Of a stretch of 64,000 nucleotides of DNA, positions 61,606-64,000 are shown piece by piece. The translations under genes were made by a program, and so were the position numbers. The notes under the pieces were generated by a model. It had not been told where the DNA came from, made no database searches, and saw only the letters and a list, made by a program, of their open reading frames with translations. Source of the DNA: Fonticula alba ATCC 38817 (lineage: Eukaryota; Protista; Nucleariida); NCBI GenBank assembly GCA_000388065.2, contig KB932205.1. One strand, given 5' to 3'. The number at the start of each line of letters is the position of its first letter. Positions within the stretch are counted from its first letter, which is position 1.

Positions 61606-63015
61606 ATGTCCGTCGGTAGGCTCCGGTTCAAGGGTGACAAGTGCGTTTGCCTCGCCCCACATCCCCCTTCATGGTGCCGATCTCGTCGGGTTTCCCTCCC
61701 CCACAGCCACTGATGCCTATCCTCTGTCCCCGGGAACACACCGCAGGAAAGCCCGCAAGGCCAAAGACCGCGAGGGCGATGGCCCTCCGGGCGCCGCGCC
61801 GACCCGCAAGTCCAAGCGTCCGGATGAGGACGAGTCGGTAGAGGGTACATGCCGCCGCCGCCGCCGCCGCCCCCCCCCCCCCACACACACACACACACTG
61901 CCCCTTGCCATCTCCTCCTCGCCGCTAATCTCCCCTGCCCTGCTCCCTTCCCCTCGCCCTGCCCGGCGTGCCACCTAGGCTGGGTCCCGGCCGAGCGCCT
62001 GGAGGACCTCGGGGGCCCGATCTACCTGGTGCACTACCGGTCATCCGGGTCCGGCCTTGCGGAGCGCCTCTGCCTGGCCGTGGACGAGGACGACTCGATT
62101 GTCCTGAAGCGCGCCATCCCGCTGCCGGATGGAAGTGACGAGCCGGATGATGTTTGTACGAGCTGCCGCCCTTGCCCACCAAGCGCCCCGGGAGCTCATG
62201 CCCCATGCGCCCCGCCACATCACACGGGTCCCTAACATGCGCCCACCCCAGCCAAGGTCTTTGTGGCCATGAGCATGTCCCCGGGGACGGTCCTGCTGAA
62301 GTCCAGCCGCGGGCGCTACCTGACCCCGGTGCTGGAGCGCTCGCGCTCGGGCGACGCGGATACCTTCTCCGGCGTGGCGGCCGATGCCGATGCCGCCGGC
62401 TCGCTGCAAGAATGGCGCCCCCTTTTCATGGACAACCCCACTACCGTAGATGGGGATGACGCCGGCGCGGGTGCCGGCGCAGCCGGCTCCGGCGGGGTCA
62501 GTCGCTTCTCCGATCGCGTGCTCGTCCTGCGCGGTGGCGATTCGGCCGCCCGGTGCCTGGCGGTCGATAGCCGGGCCTTGCGCGCTCGGCTGGCCCCCTC
62601 GCCGCTGGTGCTGCAGGCGTCCGACGATGAGCCCGCCGGGGCCGGCGACCTGCGCGCCGCCCTGGATGACGTCCTCTTCCGGCCGTATGTGCAGGCCCCG
62701 CGCCGGGCGGCTCTGCGCCGCCGCGCGCGTCTCATCGCCGAGGGCGTCCTCACCGAGGCCATGTCCGAGGCCGACCTGCAGAGCTCGCTCGGCGCGGCCG
62801 GCGCCACCGGCGCCGGAGCCGGGCTCCTGCAATTCGAGCAGGACAGCCTGCGCAAGAGCCAGAGCCGCGGCGCGGTCCTCGGGCCCTCCTTCACCTCGGC
62901 CGCCGAGCAGCGCCAGTCGTCGCGCGAGCTGCGCAAGGCCCAAAAGGCTGGCCGCCTGGCCGAGGCCCTCCTCGACCGGCGGTCCAAAGCCAAGTCCGAC
63001 CGGTTCTGCATGTGA
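61606..63015 (+). CDS. FRG1: FRG1-family protein (fascin-like domain; spliceosome/actin associated), 4 exons
   Basis: Exons 61606-61640, 61747-61844, 61979-62155 and 62252-63015 have compatible phases. N-terminus MSVGRLRFKGDK plus a basic NLS-like stretch; VLLKSSRGRYL corresponds to family ALKSGYGKYL; C-terminus ELRKAQKAGRLAEALLDRRSKAKSDRFCM corresponds to human [28 protein letters not shown]. Confidence 0.88.
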
Positions 63016-63564
63016 GGCGCCGATCGCGCCGATCGGCCCCCACGTGACCGGCCCGCTGGGGCGTACCGCCCCCGGCCCCTGTGTCTTCTGCTGCAGCCGC
63101 TCGGCCTCCGCCTGCCTCCCCTGCTTTTGCCCCCTTGCGTGGGGACGTGCCTGACATTCCCCCCCCCGGCCGGGGGAGAGGAGGGCGGCTGGGCGCGGCG
63201 CGAGCCGGCGGGGCCCGGCCGACATCGATAAAATAAAAAACAGTAATACCCCCCCCCCCCCATGGAGATCGGCTTTCCTGCGTGTTCGGATGGGCGGGTG
63301 GCGGCCGAGTTCCCCATGCTTTGTGTGCCCTTGGGCGGGCGAAGAAGGGCAGCCAGCAAAACGCGGGCACACAGCCCCCCCCCCCCCTGCGAAGACTGCC
63401 CGCCACGAGCATCCCCCACCCATCCCTCCCCCTCTTGCCTCCTGCGCCGGTGGTGTCCTTTTTGCCTGGGCGTGCGGCTGCCATTTCCCTCCTCCCCTCC
63501 GCCCTCGCCACGCTCCCCTCTCGCGGCACAGAGGCCTGCCCATCTGCGTGTGTGCCTGCACACC

Positions 63565-64000
63565 ATGGCCGACTCTCGGCGGAAGCGGCTGCGTGCGGCG
63601 GTCCGCCTGCCGGACGGCAGCTACGTCTCGGCGGCCACAGCCTACTCGACCCTGGCCGTGGACTCGGCGCTCGTGTCGCCATACGCCTTCCCGGCACCCG
63701 GGTCGGCGCCCAGCGAGGCCCCGGCAATCGGGGGATCGCGCTTCGAGCAGGACCTCGCCGATGTGGACTTCTTTGGCCAGGCCACTCCGGTCGGCATCCG
63801 GTCCAGCTCGCGGGCCCGTGTGCTGGTACGCCACGCTTTCTCGCGCGACGCCGGGCCTGCTGCCGGCACCCTCGACATTGGCCCCCGCCTCCCTCTAACG
63901 CCCTGCCACCTCCAGATTGTCGGGCCCCCGCAGTCCGGCAAAAAGTCCCTCGTCCGAGCATTGCTGGCTCTCGGCCCGGTGGCCCCCTGCCCTCTGGACG
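63565..64000 (+). CDS. 5' part of a putative P-loop NTPase-like protein (runs off the window)
   Basis: ATG in a CACCATGG context, the same as NDK. The frame stays open to the window end: MADSRRKRLRAAVRLPDG...HLQIVGPPQSGKKSLVRALLA, a hydrophobic strand followed by GxxxxGK and a helix at about 63922. Family not assignable. Confidence 0.55.
   Translation, partial: MADSRRKRLRAAVRLPDGSYVSAATAYSTLAVDSALVSPYAFPAPGSAPSEAPAIGGSRFEQDLADVDFFGQATPVGIRSSSRARVLVRHAFSRDAGPAAGTLDIGPRLPLTPCHLQIVGPPQSGKKSLVRALLALGPVAPCPLD

Overview
High-GC, intron-containing eukaryotic draft-assembly DNA with 8 N-gaps and many (CA)n, (CT)n and poly-G/C tracts. It is not prokaryotic, and most ORFs in the supplied track are GC-driven artefacts or exon fragments. 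Gene content and splice signals suggest a unicellular opisthokont, possibly Fonticula-like (inference, unverified). Supported gene order: a >=1,500-aa polyQ protein with a divergent bHLH-like motif (+, ~3.4-9.3 kb); mitochondrial GLUD1-type glutamate dehydrogenase (+); an Lgl/tomosyn/Sro7-family WD40 protein (-); nucleoside-diphosphate kinase (+); tRNA-Leu(AAG) (-); RAD52 (-); a Gyp7/TBC1D15-like RabGAP (-); a 26-kb DNA-PKcs gene (-); FRG1 (+); and a P-loop ORF cut off by the window end (+). The most element-like structure is a 561-bp segment flanked by 13-bp inverted repeats and 157/203-bp duplications inside the DNA-PKcs kinase exon. It is an Illumina-adapter assembly artefact, not a transposon. 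I found no multi-gene novel system that I can support. The best biological leads are the bHLH-like plus BEN-like regulator, the greatly expanded DNA-PKcs with a degenerate FATC tail, and an antenna-bearing GDH that lacks the GTP-site residues.
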